From: Clostridiales bacterium UBA3680
Lineage (GTDB): Bacteria > Bacillota > Clostridia > Lachnospirales > CAG-274
NCBI GenBank assembly: GCA_002372875.1
Contig: DFJD01000032.1
Span: 8,381-65,007 of the forward strand
Length of the DNA stretch: 56,627 bases
Direction: 5' to 3'
The notes under the pieces are model-generated. The model worked only from the letters and a program-made list of their open reading frames with translations. It was not told where the DNA came from and did no database searches. Both the position numbers and the translations under genes were made by a program. Below are positions 1 to 14,658 of the stretch, one piece after another; the stretch's first letter is position 1, and the number at the start of each line of letters is the position of its first letter.

Positions 1-2
1 AT

Positions 3-794
3 GCCTTAATTACATATTATTTTAAATATAACAGCAATTTTCGATTGCTGAGGGTATGCGAGGGTTATGCTCCCGTAAGTAAGCTGACGTATGAAGAGAG
101 GGCGGTCTACGATAAAATTCTTTCCGTATGCGGCCAAATCAAGGAAAACTACGGCGGGATCTACGAACGAGAAAAAGCAATTCACGATAAAATTGTATCA
201 TCCTTTTCTTATACAGAAGGAGAGATAACACTTTACGATCACACCGTTTCAAAGTTGGTATTGTATAAAGAGGGAGTTTGTGAGGCGTATGCCACACTTT
301 TCTATATCATGTGCAGGCTTTGTGATGTGCCGTGCACCATTGTTACGGGAATATATGACGGGGTGGATCACATGTGGAATCAAGTGATACTTGATGGAGA
401 ATATTATCATGTGGATGTTACAAATGACGATCCGATTCCCGATGCCGACGGTAGGATAAGATATTCTTCCTTTAATGTTTCCGAAGAAGAAATAAGAAAA
501 ACTCACACTCCCGATAATGGAACGGCAATCGCAACGGGCAGTAAATACAATTATTACAACGTTTCCGGGCTTGTTGTAAACAGCTATGAGGATCTTGAAA
601 GAATAATAGGGGATGCTGTAGCTTCAAAAAAGCTCTACCTAACATTCAAAACAACGGATCGGTATGTAATATGGTCGGATGCTCAGCTAAAAAGCGCATT
701 TCCCGAAAATTTTTACGGAGGAGCCTATTTGTTTGGCGAATACGGAACTCCGGGTACCTACGATGTGACACTGTACTATGGAACCACTGAGTAA
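3..794 (+). CDS. Transglutaminase-like (cysteine protease fold) domain protein, probably 5'-truncated by the window edge
   Basis: The ORF track starts at a TTG at position 45, but the same frame is open back to nt 3, so the gene probably starts upstream of the window. The transglutaminase core motif is present: GVCEAYATLFYIMCRLCDVPC...DHMWNQV...YYHVDVTNDDP (Cys-His-Asp arrangement). Confidence 0.75.
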   Translation, partial: ALITYYFKYNSNFRLLRVCEGYAPVSKLTYEERAVYDKILSVCGQIKENYGGIYEREKAIHDKIVSSFSYTEGEITLYDHTVSKLVLYKEGVCEAYATLFYIMCRLCDVPCTIVTGIYDGVDHMWNQVILDGEYYHVDVTNDDPIPDADGRIRYSSFNVSEEEIRKTHTPDNGTAIATGSKYNYYNVSGLVVNSYEDLERIIGDAVASKKLYLTFKTTDRYVIWSDAQLKSAFPENFYGGAYLFGEYGTPGTYDVTLYYGTTE

Positions 795-820
795 TTAATC
801 AATGATTCCTTATAATTAAA

Positions 821-1960
821 ATGAAAAAAATTTTTAGAAATATCGTAATTATTATTATAATATTTTCCCTTGTGTTCTTTAAGCTTTTGCCTTTTTCGCC
901 CATAGCTCTTTACAAGATGCTCACAAATGAAGAAACCACCGAAAAACAGTTTGCAGAAGATGAAATGACCGAGGAGACCACTCAATTTATTCCTATGAGT
1001 GAGGATGAAATGAAGACGGCATCAACTCCCGAACAGTGGAGAAAAATAATGGACAATGCGGTCTATACTCTCATGCCCGAAATAACGGTGGATATAAGAG
1101 GATATAGTGAAAACAAATACAACATTGCTTCACTTCCCTACGGAATAGCTATGGAATCGAAAGGGCAAAGTTTTGTGGGTTTTGCCGAGATCACTTACAA
1201 ATTTAAATACAGCTCCGATTTCAAGCTTCTTGCCGCAACTATAAATCCGCAGGTGATGGGAGCTTTGAATGAAGAGGAAATAAGCACATTAAATACTCTC
1301 AGGGATATGTCCGAAGAAATAAAAAAACAATACAATTATGCCTATGCAAGAGAGTTGTTGATACATAACTATATTACCACATCTTTCAGATATGCCCAAA
1401 ATACCGACGGTGAAAGGGTGCATTCGGTAGTGGGGCTTGTAAATGACGGCTTTGCCGTATGCCAGGCATATGCGGATGCATTCAGAATAATGTGCATAAT
1501 GTGCGGCATTCCCTGCAAAATTGTGGAAGGTGAACTTGACGGACAGCCGCATGCATGGAATATGGTGAAAATAAACGGAGATTATTATCATGTGGATGTA
1601 ACAAGTGACGATCCTGTGCCGGATAATATGCTTATGCAGCACTACGATTATTTTAATGTGACCGATGAGGAAATACAAAAAACACATAAAATTGTATCGG
1701 AGGGACTTCCCGAGTGCACATCAACCAAATGCAATTATTTTGTGAGAAACGGGCTTATAGTTCATAATCAAGAGGAACTTTCAAATCTTATAAGACTTAA
1801 AATATCCGACGGAAAATCGAGCTATACTTTTAAAACGGAGGGCTACCCCATAAGCGGAGCCGAACAAATTTCAGGTTTTTACAATTACACAGGTTATACA
1901 CAAATAAATGTAAGCGGAAAATTTGGCGCGGACGGAGCGTTCTGCATTTTTGCCGCATAA
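821..1960 (+). CDS. Membrane-anchored or secreted transglutaminase-like domain protein (paralog of the upstream gene)
   Basis: It has an N-terminal hydrophobic segment (IVIIIIIFSLVFF). The core motif is GFAVCQAYADAFRIMCIMCGIPC...PHAWNMV...YYHVDVTSDDP, with the same architecture as 3..794. Confidence 0.8.
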   Translation: MKKIFRNIVIIIIIFSLVFFKLLPFSPIALYKMLTNEETTEKQFAEDEMTEETTQFIPMSEDEMKTASTPEQWRKIMDNAVYTLMPEITVDIRGYSENKYNIASLPYGIAMESKGQSFVGFAEITYKFKYSSDFKLLAATINPQVMGALNEEEISTLNTLRDMSEEIKKQYNYAYARELLIHNYITTSFRYAQNTDGERVHSVVGLVNDGFAVCQAYADAFRIMCIMCGIPCKIVEGELDGQPHAWNMVKINGDYYHVDVTSDDPVPDNMLMQHYDYFNVTDEEIQKTHKIVSEGLPECTSTKCNYFVRNGLIVHNQEELSNLIRLKISDGKSSYTFKTEGYPISGAEQISGFYNYTGYTQINVSGKFGADGAFCIFAA

Positions 1961-1996
1961 AAAACGGAGGCGAAATGCCTCCGTTTGCTTTTTTAT
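1960..1996. terminator. Bidirectional intrinsic terminator between convergent genes
   Basis: The stem cggaggc/gcctccg (1965-1971 / 1977-1983) is flanked by an A-run on the left and a T-run on the right. Confidence 0.75.
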
Positions 1997-2011
1997 AAGA
2001 TACTCCGTTGT

Positions 2012-3106
2012 TTAGTTTGCTTTTATTTTTACTGTGACCTTGTTGGAAATTTCCGCAGCAGCATCGTAATCATAGATAATATCTTCTGCCGTGCTTTTTA
2101 ATATTTTCAGAGAAATTGTATTTTCGGTATCCGAAATATCAAACTTATTTCCCTTGTAGGTCACGGTAATTATGCTTTGCCCGTCTTTCATGGAATATTC
2201 AACCCTAAGTCGTATACAAGGCACGGACATTTTGGGTAAAATTATCTGTTGAACAAGTTCTTCTATGGCGAGCTTTATGCGATACTTGCATTCCGCGGGA
2301 ACATTGTTTTGCACAAGATAGAGGTCAAGTTGCGAGTTAAAACCGATAAAGTCATAATCTCGGCTGTCTATAAATGTCTCAAATACTTTAAGTTGTTTTA
2401 TAAAACGGCGAGTATTATCTTTTTTGGGATCGTCAAATATTTCCTCCGGAGTTCCCTCTTCGTAAATACCACCTTCGTCCAGATAAAAAACACGGTTTGA
2501 TATAGCTTTTGCAAAATTCATTTCATGAGTGACTATTATCATTGTTTTTCCGCTGCTTGCCAAATCTTTTATTACTGATTGAACCTCTGCCACCATTGTG
2601 GGGTCCAACGCACTTGTCGGCTCATCAAGTAAAATAAGTTCGGGATCCATTGCAAGGGTACGTGCTATGGCAACTCTTTGTTTTTGTCCGCCGGACAGTT
2701 CATCGGGGTAGGAAAGTGCTTTATCGGCAACGCCCACCGAGTGGAGAAGCTCCATCCCCTTGCGGTAAGCATCTTGTTTTGTTTTTCCGAGAAGATCCAT
2801 GGGTGCAAGCATTACATTTTCAATTACGGTGAGATGTCCGAATAAATTGAAAGACTGAAACACCATGCCCATTTTTTGTCTTGCTTTTTTTACATCGTAT
2901 CCCTTTGCTGTTATATCCTCTCCGTTAAAAATTATTTGTCCCGAGGTGGGTCGCTCAAGCAGATTGATGCAACGGATAAGAGTGGATTTACCGGTTCCGG
3001 AGGGGCCTATTACCGAAATCACATCACCTTTGTTTATGGTGACGGATATGTCTTTAAGGGGAGTAACCCCTCGGTATTGCTTTGTTATATTTTTAAGCTC
3101 GATCAT
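2012..3106 (-). CDS. Polar amino-acid ABC transporter ATP-binding protein (GlnQ-like) with a C-terminal extension of about 120 aa
   Basis: Walker A GPSGTGKST, ABC signature LSGGQKQR and Walker B LILLDEPTSALD are present. The protein is 364 aa, against about 240-250 aa for typical GlnQ. It overlaps the stop of the upstream permease gene. Confidence 0.9.
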   Translation of the reverse strand: MIELKNITKQYRGVTPLKDISVTINKGDVISVIGPSGTGKSTLIRCINLLERPTSGQIIFNGEDITAKGYDVKKARQKMGMVFQSFNLFGHLTVIENVMLAPMDLLGKTKQDAYRKGMELLHSVGVADKALSYPDELSGGQKQRVAIARTLAMDPELILLDEPTSALDPTMVAEVQSVIKDLASSGKTMIIVTHEMNFAKAISNRVFYLDEGGIYEEGTPEEIFDDPKKDNTRRFIKQLKVFETFIDSRDYDFIGFNSQLDLYLVQNNVPAECKYRIKLAIEELVQQIILPKMSVPCIRLRVEYSMKDGQSIITVTYKGNKFDISDTENTISLKILKSTAEDIIYDYDAAAEISNKVTVKIKAN

Positions 3107-5450
3107 CGGTGTTCACTCCTTTCAAAATGCTCTCTCTGTTCCTTTTTTTGGAATCGATTTTTACTTCGATTTTTCTCACAATTGATGTAAGAATGCCCGC
3201 AAGAACAAAGTATATTATCGCTACGGCTATGAGAGGAAAAAACGCCTCGTATGTTCTGCCTCTTATTATATCTCCCATTTTGGTAAGATCTTGTACGGCT
3301 ATGTATCCCACAACAGCCGTTGCTTTTATCAATGCAACGATTTCCGCCTTGTATTGCGGTAAAAAGTGGGGCATTGCCTGAGGCAAAATTATTCGGAAAA
3401 ATGATTGTATATCTCCATAACCCAAAGAAAGCGCCGCTTCTGTTTGTCCTTTGTCAACAGCACCTACTCCGGATTTCACCATTGCAAATACGGAAGAACC
3501 AAAAACCAGAGTAAAGGCTATAACGGATACGGCAGAACCGGGAATTTGAGATTTTGCAAATATGATATAGTAAAGTATCATAAGCAAAACGACTACGGGC
3601 ATACCACCTATAAGCCAGGTGAAGAATCCTGCTACGGCATTTGCAGCTTTGTTTCCCTTTCGGCACGTCATAAATGCAAGAAAACCGAGAATTGTGCCAA
3701 AAATAATGGAGAAAACCGTAATAAGCAGGGTAGTAACTATACCCGAAATAAAAAGCTTGTATCTGTCCTCGCGAAGGAATGTTCTTTCAAAACTGTTCTT
3801 TAATGAAGCGAGAAATGTTTCGTCACTGTTGTTGCTAAAATTATCGCCTGTTTTATCCGTTGAGTTATCCGAAGCGACCGCCTGTGAAGAGGCATTAGCT
3901 GCTCGCACGATGAAAACGAAGGAGGCGGGTTGATATTCCACAAAATCCATTGTTTCTTTTCTTTCATCGGAAATTATGATGGAACCGCATATTATATCTG
4001 CTTTTCCGGCGGAAAGCGAGGCTAAAACAGCCGAAAAATCCATAGGGATAAAATCAACATGCACGTCCAGCTCTTTAGCAATAATAAGTATGGTTTCTAT
4101 GTCAAGCCCCATAAGCTCTTTGTTTGTATTCATATAGCTTGCAGGCTCAAGAGAATCACAGGCGGCAACCGTAACGGTGCCGTTTTTGCCGGGCCAATCC
4201 TGAACGGGAATAGTTTTTACACTTTCATCGGTACCTGTCCATTTGTTCCAAAGCTCATCTTTTTTCGATTGAGGGAAGGCATCGTATGTTTCCTGCCAAA
4301 GAATGGCTCTTTTATCTCCTTTTGCAAAGCCCAAACCGAAGAAGGATTCTCCGAGTGATTCGGGGAAGAGGGCAAGAGAACTGTCTTTGTTTGTCAAAAA
4401 CGTTCCAACTTCGTTGTTCAAAAGACCCGCATCTGTTTTTCCGCTTTTTACACCAAGCGCCATATCGGGCATTGTTTGATAATAGGTGTATTCCTCTACA
4501 TTTTTCACCTTAGAAGAAATAAGGTTTTCAAAAGGCGCTCCCGTTATCATAGAAATCGTTTTTCCGTTTAGTTCTTCAAAGGAAGTAAATTCAGGTTGAT
4601 TTGCTGCGGCAGCCGAGTTTGTTTTCTTAAGGTCTGAACTTTTTACCGCCAAAACAGCACCACCACCGGCTGTAGGATTAGAGAAAAGAACTTGCTCCTT
4701 TCTTTCGTCAGTTACGTTCATGTCGGTGGAAAAATCACATTTTCCCGATTCTACGGCAGGGATTCTTCCCGCAAAATCCACATCGGTCAGTTGAAGGGAA
4801 TAGCCTTTTTCACGGCAGAAACGAACGATAAGATCAATATCGTAACCTACGTTTTCATTGTCTTTTATGTAAGACCAGGGCATATCGGTGGAAGTGGTGG
4901 CAACATTGATACTTCCGTTTTCTCCTGTAAGCCCGTTCTTATCCACGACCTTGAGTGACTCATCGACACCGAGCCATATTTCCTCTATTTTTGCAAGGGT
5001 GCCGTCGGATTTTATTTTTGCAAGAAAATCATTAAATTCCGCACATAATGCAGCAGATTTCGGGTCGTTTTTTCTGAAAGCAAAGGCATAGTCGGCAGAA
5101 GTGAAACGTTCGGGGATATAGTCGATCAGCGGCTGCTCGTAGTGTACCGTTTTTATTTGTGCTTCATCTGCTATATAAGCGTCGATATTTCCCGAAAGCA
5201 GAGCCGCACTCAGGTCGGAATAGTTGTTAAAATACAGTATGGAACTCCCTTTAAAATTCTCAACGGCGATGGTTTCAAGGGGCGTTCCCGTTATGGTGCC
5301 TATCCTTTTACCTATATAATCTTGCCAATGTACGGAACTTTTATCTCCTTTATCTGTTTGTTCTGCATAAAATACAGATAAAAGTGAATGGGAAAGGATC
5401 ATTAAAAGTGCCGCCAAAAAAGCGAATAATTGTTTGTTTCTTTTTCTCAT
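3093..5450 (-). CDS. Fused amino-acid ABC transporter with two tandem substrate-binding domains plus a permease domain (GlnP-like, SBD1-SBD2-TMD)
   Basis: A signal or anchor sequence is followed by two periplasmic-binding-protein family 3-like segments. The C-terminal part has multiple TM helices and the permease EAA-type loop ALSLGYGDIQSFFRIILPQA. Confidence 0.88.
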   Translation of the reverse strand: MRKRNKQLFAFLAALLMILSHSLLSVFYAEQTDKGDKSSVHWQDYIGKRIGTITGTPLETIAVENFKGSSILYFNNYSDLSAALLSGNIDAYIADEAQIKTVHYEQPLIDYIPERFTSADYAFAFRKNDPKSAALCAEFNDFLAKIKSDGTLAKIEEIWLGVDESLKVVDKNGLTGENGSINVATTSTDMPWSYIKDNENVGYDIDLIVRFCREKGYSLQLTDVDFAGRIPAVESGKCDFSTDMNVTDERKEQVLFSNPTAGGGAVLAVKSSDLKKTNSAAAANQPEFTSFEELNGKTISMITGAPFENLISSKVKNVEEYTYYQTMPDMALGVKSGKTDAGLLNNEVGTFLTNKDSSLALFPESLGESFFGLGFAKGDKRAILWQETYDAFPQSKKDELWNKWTGTDESVKTIPVQDWPGKNGTVTVAACDSLEPASYMNTNKELMGLDIETILIIAKELDVHVDFIPMDFSAVLASLSAGKADIICGSIIISDERKETMDFVEYQPASFVFIVRAANASSQAVASDNSTDKTGDNFSNNSDETFLASLKNSFERTFLREDRYKLFISGIVTTLLITVFSIIFGTILGFLAFMTCRKGNKAANAVAGFFTWLIGGMPVVVLLMILYYIIFAKSQIPGSAVSVIAFTLVFGSSVFAMVKSGVGAVDKGQTEAALSLGYGDIQSFFRIILPQAMPHFLPQYKAEIVALIKATAVVGYIAVQDLTKMGDIIRGRTYEAFFPLIAVAIIYFVLAGILTSIVRKIEVKIDSKKRNRESILKGVNTDDRA

Positions 5451-5530
5451 GGTATTATCCTTTCTTTTTTTAGCATTGAAGATGCAGTATGATTTACGGT
5501 AGTTTTATAACACTGCGGACGGTCTTTGAA

Positions 5531-5559
5531 TAAAAAAGGAGTATCCGAAGGATACTCCT
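5531..5559 (-). terminator. Intrinsic terminator of glgB
   Basis: The stem is aggagtatcc/ggatactcct with a 3-nt loop. On the minus strand it is followed by a T-run. Confidence 0.8.
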
Positions 5560-5566
5560 GTAAATA

Positions 5567-7768
5567 TTACTCGGGGCTGTATATAACTACCGACAGCGGA
5601 GCAAGTCTGAGCGCTATACTGTTTTCTCTTCGATTCCATTCTATAGGTTCGCTTTTTGCGGGTCTGTCATTTACAACGCCGCTTCCGCCGAAGGCTGTGG
5701 CATCGGAGTTGAAAACTTCCTTCCACGTTCCTTCAAAAGGCACACCCACCCTGAACTCCTCATAAGTGTTAGGTGTAAAATTGCAAAGAATAACAAGGGT
5801 GTCCTCTTTTCTTGAACCTCTTCTTATGTATGCGTAAAAACTTCTTTCTTTGTCATCCGCTTCTATCCATTCAAAGCCGAATGAGTCAAAATCTTTGCTC
5901 CAAAGGGCATTGTTTGCGGTGTAGAATTTGTTCAGAGCTTTAACATAGTCCTGAGTTTGCTGATGATGATCGTATTGAAGCAGGAACCAATCAAGAGGCC
6001 TCTTTTCGTTCCATTCTATAAATTGACCGAATTCTCCGCCCATAAACAACAGTTTTTTGCCGGGGAAAGTCATCATATAACCGTATGCCGCTCTTAAATT
6101 GGCAAACTTCTGCCACAGGTCGCCGGGCATCTTGTCAAGCATGGATCTTTTTCCGTGTACAACCTCATCATGACTGAGTACAAGCACAAATTTTTCACTG
6201 TAAGCATAGGTGGAAGCGAATGTCATATTGTAGTGATGATATTTTCTGTATATAGGGTCTTTCTCCATATATTCAAGGAAATCGTGCATCCAGCCCATGT
6301 TCCACTTAAGAGTAAAGCCCAAGCCTCCGTTTTCGGGAGTATCGGTGATCTTAGGCCAAGAAGTGGACTCTTCGGCCATCATATGTGAGAAAGGATTCCT
6401 GTGCTGCATAACGGAATTAAGGTGCTTGAAAAACTCAACGGCATCTATATTATCACTTCCGCCGTATTTGTTTGCGATCCATTGACCGTCCTCTTTTGCA
6501 TAATTCAGGTACAGCATAGAGGCTACGGCATCCACTCTTAAACCGTCAATGTGATACTTTTCTATCCAAAAAAGGGCATTGGCAATAAGGAAATTCTTAA
6601 CTTCGCATCTTCCGTAGTTAAATATAAGAGTGCCCCATTCGGGGTGCTCACCTTGCATGGGGTTGTCGTGCTCATAAAGAGCCGAACCGTCAAAGCGTGC
6701 AAGTCCGTTTGCGTCCTTGGGGAAATGTGCGGGTACCCAATCAAGAAAAACACCTATACCGGCTTGGTGGCATGCATCTACAAATTCCATAAATTCACGG
6801 GGGTTGCCATATCGGCTCGTAGGTGCATAGTATCCTGTTATTTGGTAGCCCCATGAACCGTCAAATGGATGTTCGGCAACAGGAAGAAGCTCAATGTGAG
6901 TATAGCCCATTTCTTTTACGTAGGGAATGAGCTTTTTGGCAAGCTCGGGATAGCTCATAAAGCGGTTGTCATCTTCTTCTACCCTGTCCCAAGAGCCTAA
7001 ATGTACCTCATAAATGTTCATGGGAGCATTGAATTTATCTATGTTTTTCAGATGCTCGTACCACTTTGAATCTTTCCAGGTATAGTCTTCTATATCAAAC
7101 AAAAGAGAGGTCGTGCTGGGTCTGAGTTCCGAAAATTTTGCATAGGGGTCGGATTTTTGTATAAGATCTCCGTTTGAAGTTTTGATTTCAAATTTATAGC
7201 CGTCATTAGGCTGCAAACCGGGGATAAAAAGCTCCCAAATACCGCTTTGTCCCAACAATCTCATGGGATTTCTTCGTCCGTCCCAGCTGTTAAAAGAACC
7301 TATTACGGATACTCTGCTTGCATTCGGTGCCCATACTCCGAAGAGCACGCCTTTTATTCCGTCTATTTCGGTAAAGTTTGCACCAAGCTTTTCATATATC
7401 TGGTAATGTGTACCCTGATTGAAAAGATATCTGTCCTCTTCGGTGATGCCTGGAATGAAGGAATACGGGTCATATTGTGTTACAACATTACCGTTGCCGT
7501 AATCGGTTTCAAGCTTGTATCTGAACCAGGTTTTTCTTTTTGGGATCACACATTCAAAAAAACCATGTCCGTGCACCATTTCGGTTTCGTAACGACGGGC
7601 TTTGTTAGCCTCATCTATAACCGTAACTGCCTTTGCTTGAGGGTTAAATATCCTTACAACGAGGCATTCTTTATCATTGAGAACAAGCTCGTGCATACCC
7701 AAAATAACGTGGGGGTCGGCACTGTGAGCATTTACAATAAGCTGAAGATCGGTAATATTAGTTATCAT
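5567..7768 (-). CDS. glgB: 1,4-alpha-glucan branching enzyme
   Basis: GH13 conserved regions are present: DWVPAHF, GLRVDAVASM, AEES and SHDEV. The ORF track begins at a GTG at 7780. The ATG at 7768 is better spaced from the purine-rich RBS (gaagggaag). Confidence 0.95.
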   Translation of the reverse strand: MITNITDLQLIVNAHSADPHVILGMHELVLNDKECLVVRIFNPQAKAVTVIDEANKARRYETEMVHGHGFFECVIPKRKTWFRYKLETDYGNGNVVTQYDPYSFIPGITEEDRYLFNQGTHYQIYEKLGANFTEIDGIKGVLFGVWAPNASRVSVIGSFNSWDGRRNPMRLLGQSGIWELFIPGLQPNDGYKFEIKTSNGDLIQKSDPYAKFSELRPSTTSLLFDIEDYTWKDSKWYEHLKNIDKFNAPMNIYEVHLGSWDRVEEDDNRFMSYPELAKKLIPYVKEMGYTHIELLPVAEHPFDGSWGYQITGYYAPTSRYGNPREFMEFVDACHQAGIGVFLDWVPAHFPKDANGLARFDGSALYEHDNPMQGEHPEWGTLIFNYGRCEVKNFLIANALFWIEKYHIDGLRVDAVASMLYLNYAKEDGQWIANKYGGSDNIDAVEFFKHLNSVMQHRNPFSHMMAEESTSWPKITDTPENGGLGFTLKWNMGWMHDFLEYMEKDPIYRKYHHYNMTFASTYAYSEKFVLVLSHDEVVHGKRSMLDKMPGDLWQKFANLRAAYGYMMTFPGKKLLFMGGEFGQFIEWNEKRPLDWFLLQYDHHQQTQDYVKALNKFYTANNALWSKDFDSFGFEWIEADDKERSFYAYIRRGSRKEDTLVILCNFTPNTYEEFRVGVPFEGTWKEVFNSDATAFGGSGVVNDRPAKSEPIEWNRRENSIALRLAPLSVVIYSPE

Positions 7769-8026
7769 ACCTATAAACACTTCCCTTCTTTATACAGTAT
7801 ATATATAATGATTTTGTATTTTTATTCGTTTTTGTATGTGAACAGTAATACATTATTATTATACAACATCTACAAAAAAAAACAAGCATTAAATTGGAAT
7901 TTAAGCATATAAATCACAAGAATGAAAAAACAATAAAAAAATTACTGCATTTTTTATAAAAACTGTAGATTTTTATGTAAATATGAGTTATAATAGTTCG
8001 ATGTGTGAAAACGGAAGGGGATATTT

Positions 8027-8320
8027 ATGAAAAAAGAGGTCATCAAGGCGCTTTCTTTAATAACACAGTTGGGTATATCCATGCTTGTACCCATTTTTGC
8101 CTGTCTTATTGCAGGCAACTTGCTTGATGTCTTTTTTAAGACCGGTCCGCTTTTTATGATTATTTTTATTGTACTTGGCGTTTTTGCCGGCTTTCGCTCT
8201 GTATATGTATTGACTGCCTCCTTTCATGAAAAGAAGGATACATATTCTCTGACGAGTGTCGAAGAAGATATGAAAAATGCCGGCAATATTTCAAAGGGGG
8301 TTGAGGATGAACAGCATTAA
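8027..8320 (+). CDS. AtpZ/AtpI-family small membrane protein (F0F1 ATPase-associated)
   Basis: It is 97 aa with two TM helices, is the first gene of the atp operon, and has the RBS ggaagggga. Confidence 0.7.
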   Translation: MKKEVIKALSLITQLGISMLVPIFACLIAGNLLDVFFKTGPLFMIIFIVLGVFAGFRSVYVLTASFHEKKDTYSLTSVEEDMKNAGNISKGVEDEQH

Positions 8321-8723
8321 AATTTCCGACACCTGCAAGATGCTGCTTATATGCATTGTTTCGTTGGGTGTAGTTGCTTCGGCGGTGGGTGTTTTTTTTA
8401 CTCACGACACCATGAAATGGCTTTTGGGAATCGTGTCGGGTACCTTTATTTCCGTAATAAGGGTCATAATGCTTGACAGAACACTTAAAAAGGCGGTTAA
8501 TATGGATAAAGATGCTGCCGCCTTGTACACAAGGGCGCAATACACTCTACGCCTTTTTCTTACGATTGCGGCGGTTATTGCAATTGCGATAACGAAAAAG
8601 GTTAATATTTACGGCCTTGTTATAGGGCTTTTGATTCCGCAACCGTCGACCTATCTGACAAATGCCCTTATGGCAAGGCATAGAAAAAAAGAAGAAATCA
8701 CAGGAAAGGAGGAATGTGAATGA
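8307..8723 (+). CDS. atpI: ATP synthase protein I
   Basis: It is a small polytopic membrane protein immediately upstream of atpB. I chose the ATG at 8307 (MNSIKISD), which follows aaggggg, over the ORF-track start at 8277. Confidence 0.7.
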   Translation: MNSIKISDTCKMLLICIVSLGVVASAVGVFFTHDTMKWLLGIVSGTFISVIRVIMLDRTLKKAVNMDKDAAALYTRAQYTLRLFLTIAAVIAIAITKKVNIYGLVIGLLIPQPSTYLTNALMARHRKKEEITGKEECE

Positions 8724-9472
8724 GGCTCGATCTTTTGGAGACTCACAGCCTTATCGGAAATTTGGTTGGGCTTGATACCTCCGTTACCCCGGGTATAGAC
8801 GTTGATGTTAAGGTTTATAAGGTTTTTAACATTTTCGGTATAGAGGTTTGGCTCACTCAAACGGTTGTTACCACTTGGATAATAATGGGAGCACTTACTT
8901 TGATCGCTCTTATTTGCAGATTGAAGCTTAAAAACTACAAAGAAAAGCCCGAGGGTTCACAAAATTTTGTGGAGCTTGTTATAGAGACGATGGACAGCTT
9001 TGTAAGGAGCACCATGGGAGATAAACATGCATACTTCGGAAATTGGTTTTTCGGAGTTTTCTGTTTGATACTTGTTTCAAATCTTTGCGGTCTGCTTGCT
9101 TTCAGGTCTCCCACAGCAGACCTTTGTACCACCTTTGCCATTACTATGACCACCTTTACTCTCATACATTTTATGGGAATAAAGACGGGGAAGGGAAGCT
9201 ACTTTAAAGCCTATTTTGAGCCTATCCCCATTATGTTTATTATGAATATTATAAGCGAACTTGCCACACCCATTTCACTCAGTTTCCGTCTTTTCGGAAA
9301 TATATTGGGCGGTTCGGTAATTATGGCGATGGTCTATTCTCTCCCGAGAATACTAAACTTCGGTATTCCGGCTGTGTTGCATATCTATTTTGATGTATTT
9401 GCCGGATGCATTCAAACAGTCATCTTTGTCATGCTTTCCATGACATTCATAAAAGATAAAATAGCCGAATAA
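8720..9472 (+). CDS. atpB: F0F1 ATP synthase subunit a
   Basis: It is polytopic with the subunit-a signature region SLSFRLFGNILGG containing the essential Arg. Its operon position fits. Confidence 0.93.
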   Translation: MRLDLLETHSLIGNLVGLDTSVTPGIDVDVKVYKVFNIFGIEVWLTQTVVTTWIIMGALTLIALICRLKLKNYKEKPEGSQNFVELVIETMDSFVRSTMGDKHAYFGNWFFGVFCLILVSNLCGLLAFRSPTADLCTTFAITMTTFTLIHFMGIKTGKGSYFKAYFEPIPIMFIMNIISELATPISLSFRLFGNILGGSVIMAMVYSLPRILNFGIPAVLHIYFDVFAGCIQTVIFVMLSMTFIKDKIAE

Positions 9473-9775
<303 letters not shown>

Positions 9776-9806
9776 CACTCTTAAATGACCGAAGGGAGGC
9801 AAGGCA

Positions 9807-10312
9807 TTGAATGATTATGTAATTATTCTGAATCAACAGACTGTAGTTCAAGTCATTATTCAGATAATAAACACTTGTATACTTTGCTTTATCCTCTATA
9901 AGCTTCTTTACGGACCTGTACTTAAATTTCTTAACGCAAGAAAAGAAAAAATAGCGGAACAACTTGACAGTGCCGCCGAGAAGCTGTCTCAGGCAGATAC
10001 TCTTAAGGCCGAATATGAGGGTAAAATAAAAGAAATAGAAAAAGAAAGAGCTTCCATACTTGAACAGGCTCGCGCCGAGGCAAAGCAAAACGGGCAAAAA
10101 ATAATATCCGAGGCACAGACCGAGGCACAAACAATTAAAAACAGAGCGATGACCGACATTAAAAGAGAACAGGATAAGGCTGCCGATGAGATCAAAAAGC
10201 AGATTATCGAAGTTTCAAACCTTGTGGCATCAAGGTTTGTGGCGGCTAAAATTACTCCCGGGGAGCAGGATAAGCTTATTGACGATGCCATAAAGGCTCT
10301 GGAGGATGTTAA

Positions 10313-10325
<13 letters not shown>
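9807..10325 (+). CDS. atpF: F0F1 ATP synthase subunit b
   Basis: It has a TTG start 8 nt after gaagggagg, a single N-terminal TM helix and a long charged coiled coil (AEYEGKIKEIEKERASILEQARAEAKQ). Confidence 0.9.
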
Positions 10326-12377
<2,052 letters not shown>

Positions 12378-12391
12378 AGGACGGTGGTATA

Positions 12392-14645
<2,254 letters not shown>

Positions 14646-14658
14646 AGGAGGGCTTGAT

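Noticed and set aside
8166-8540. Numerous 60-200 aa antisense or out-of-frame ORFs lie inside well-supported genes (for example 8166-8540, 13683-14210, 20099-20686, 33990-34550, 45109-45732 and 55406-55840).
   Set aside because: All overlap genes with clear family motifs on the other strand or frame. They have odd composition (Cys/Phe/Ile-rich) and no RBS, so they are treated as spurious.
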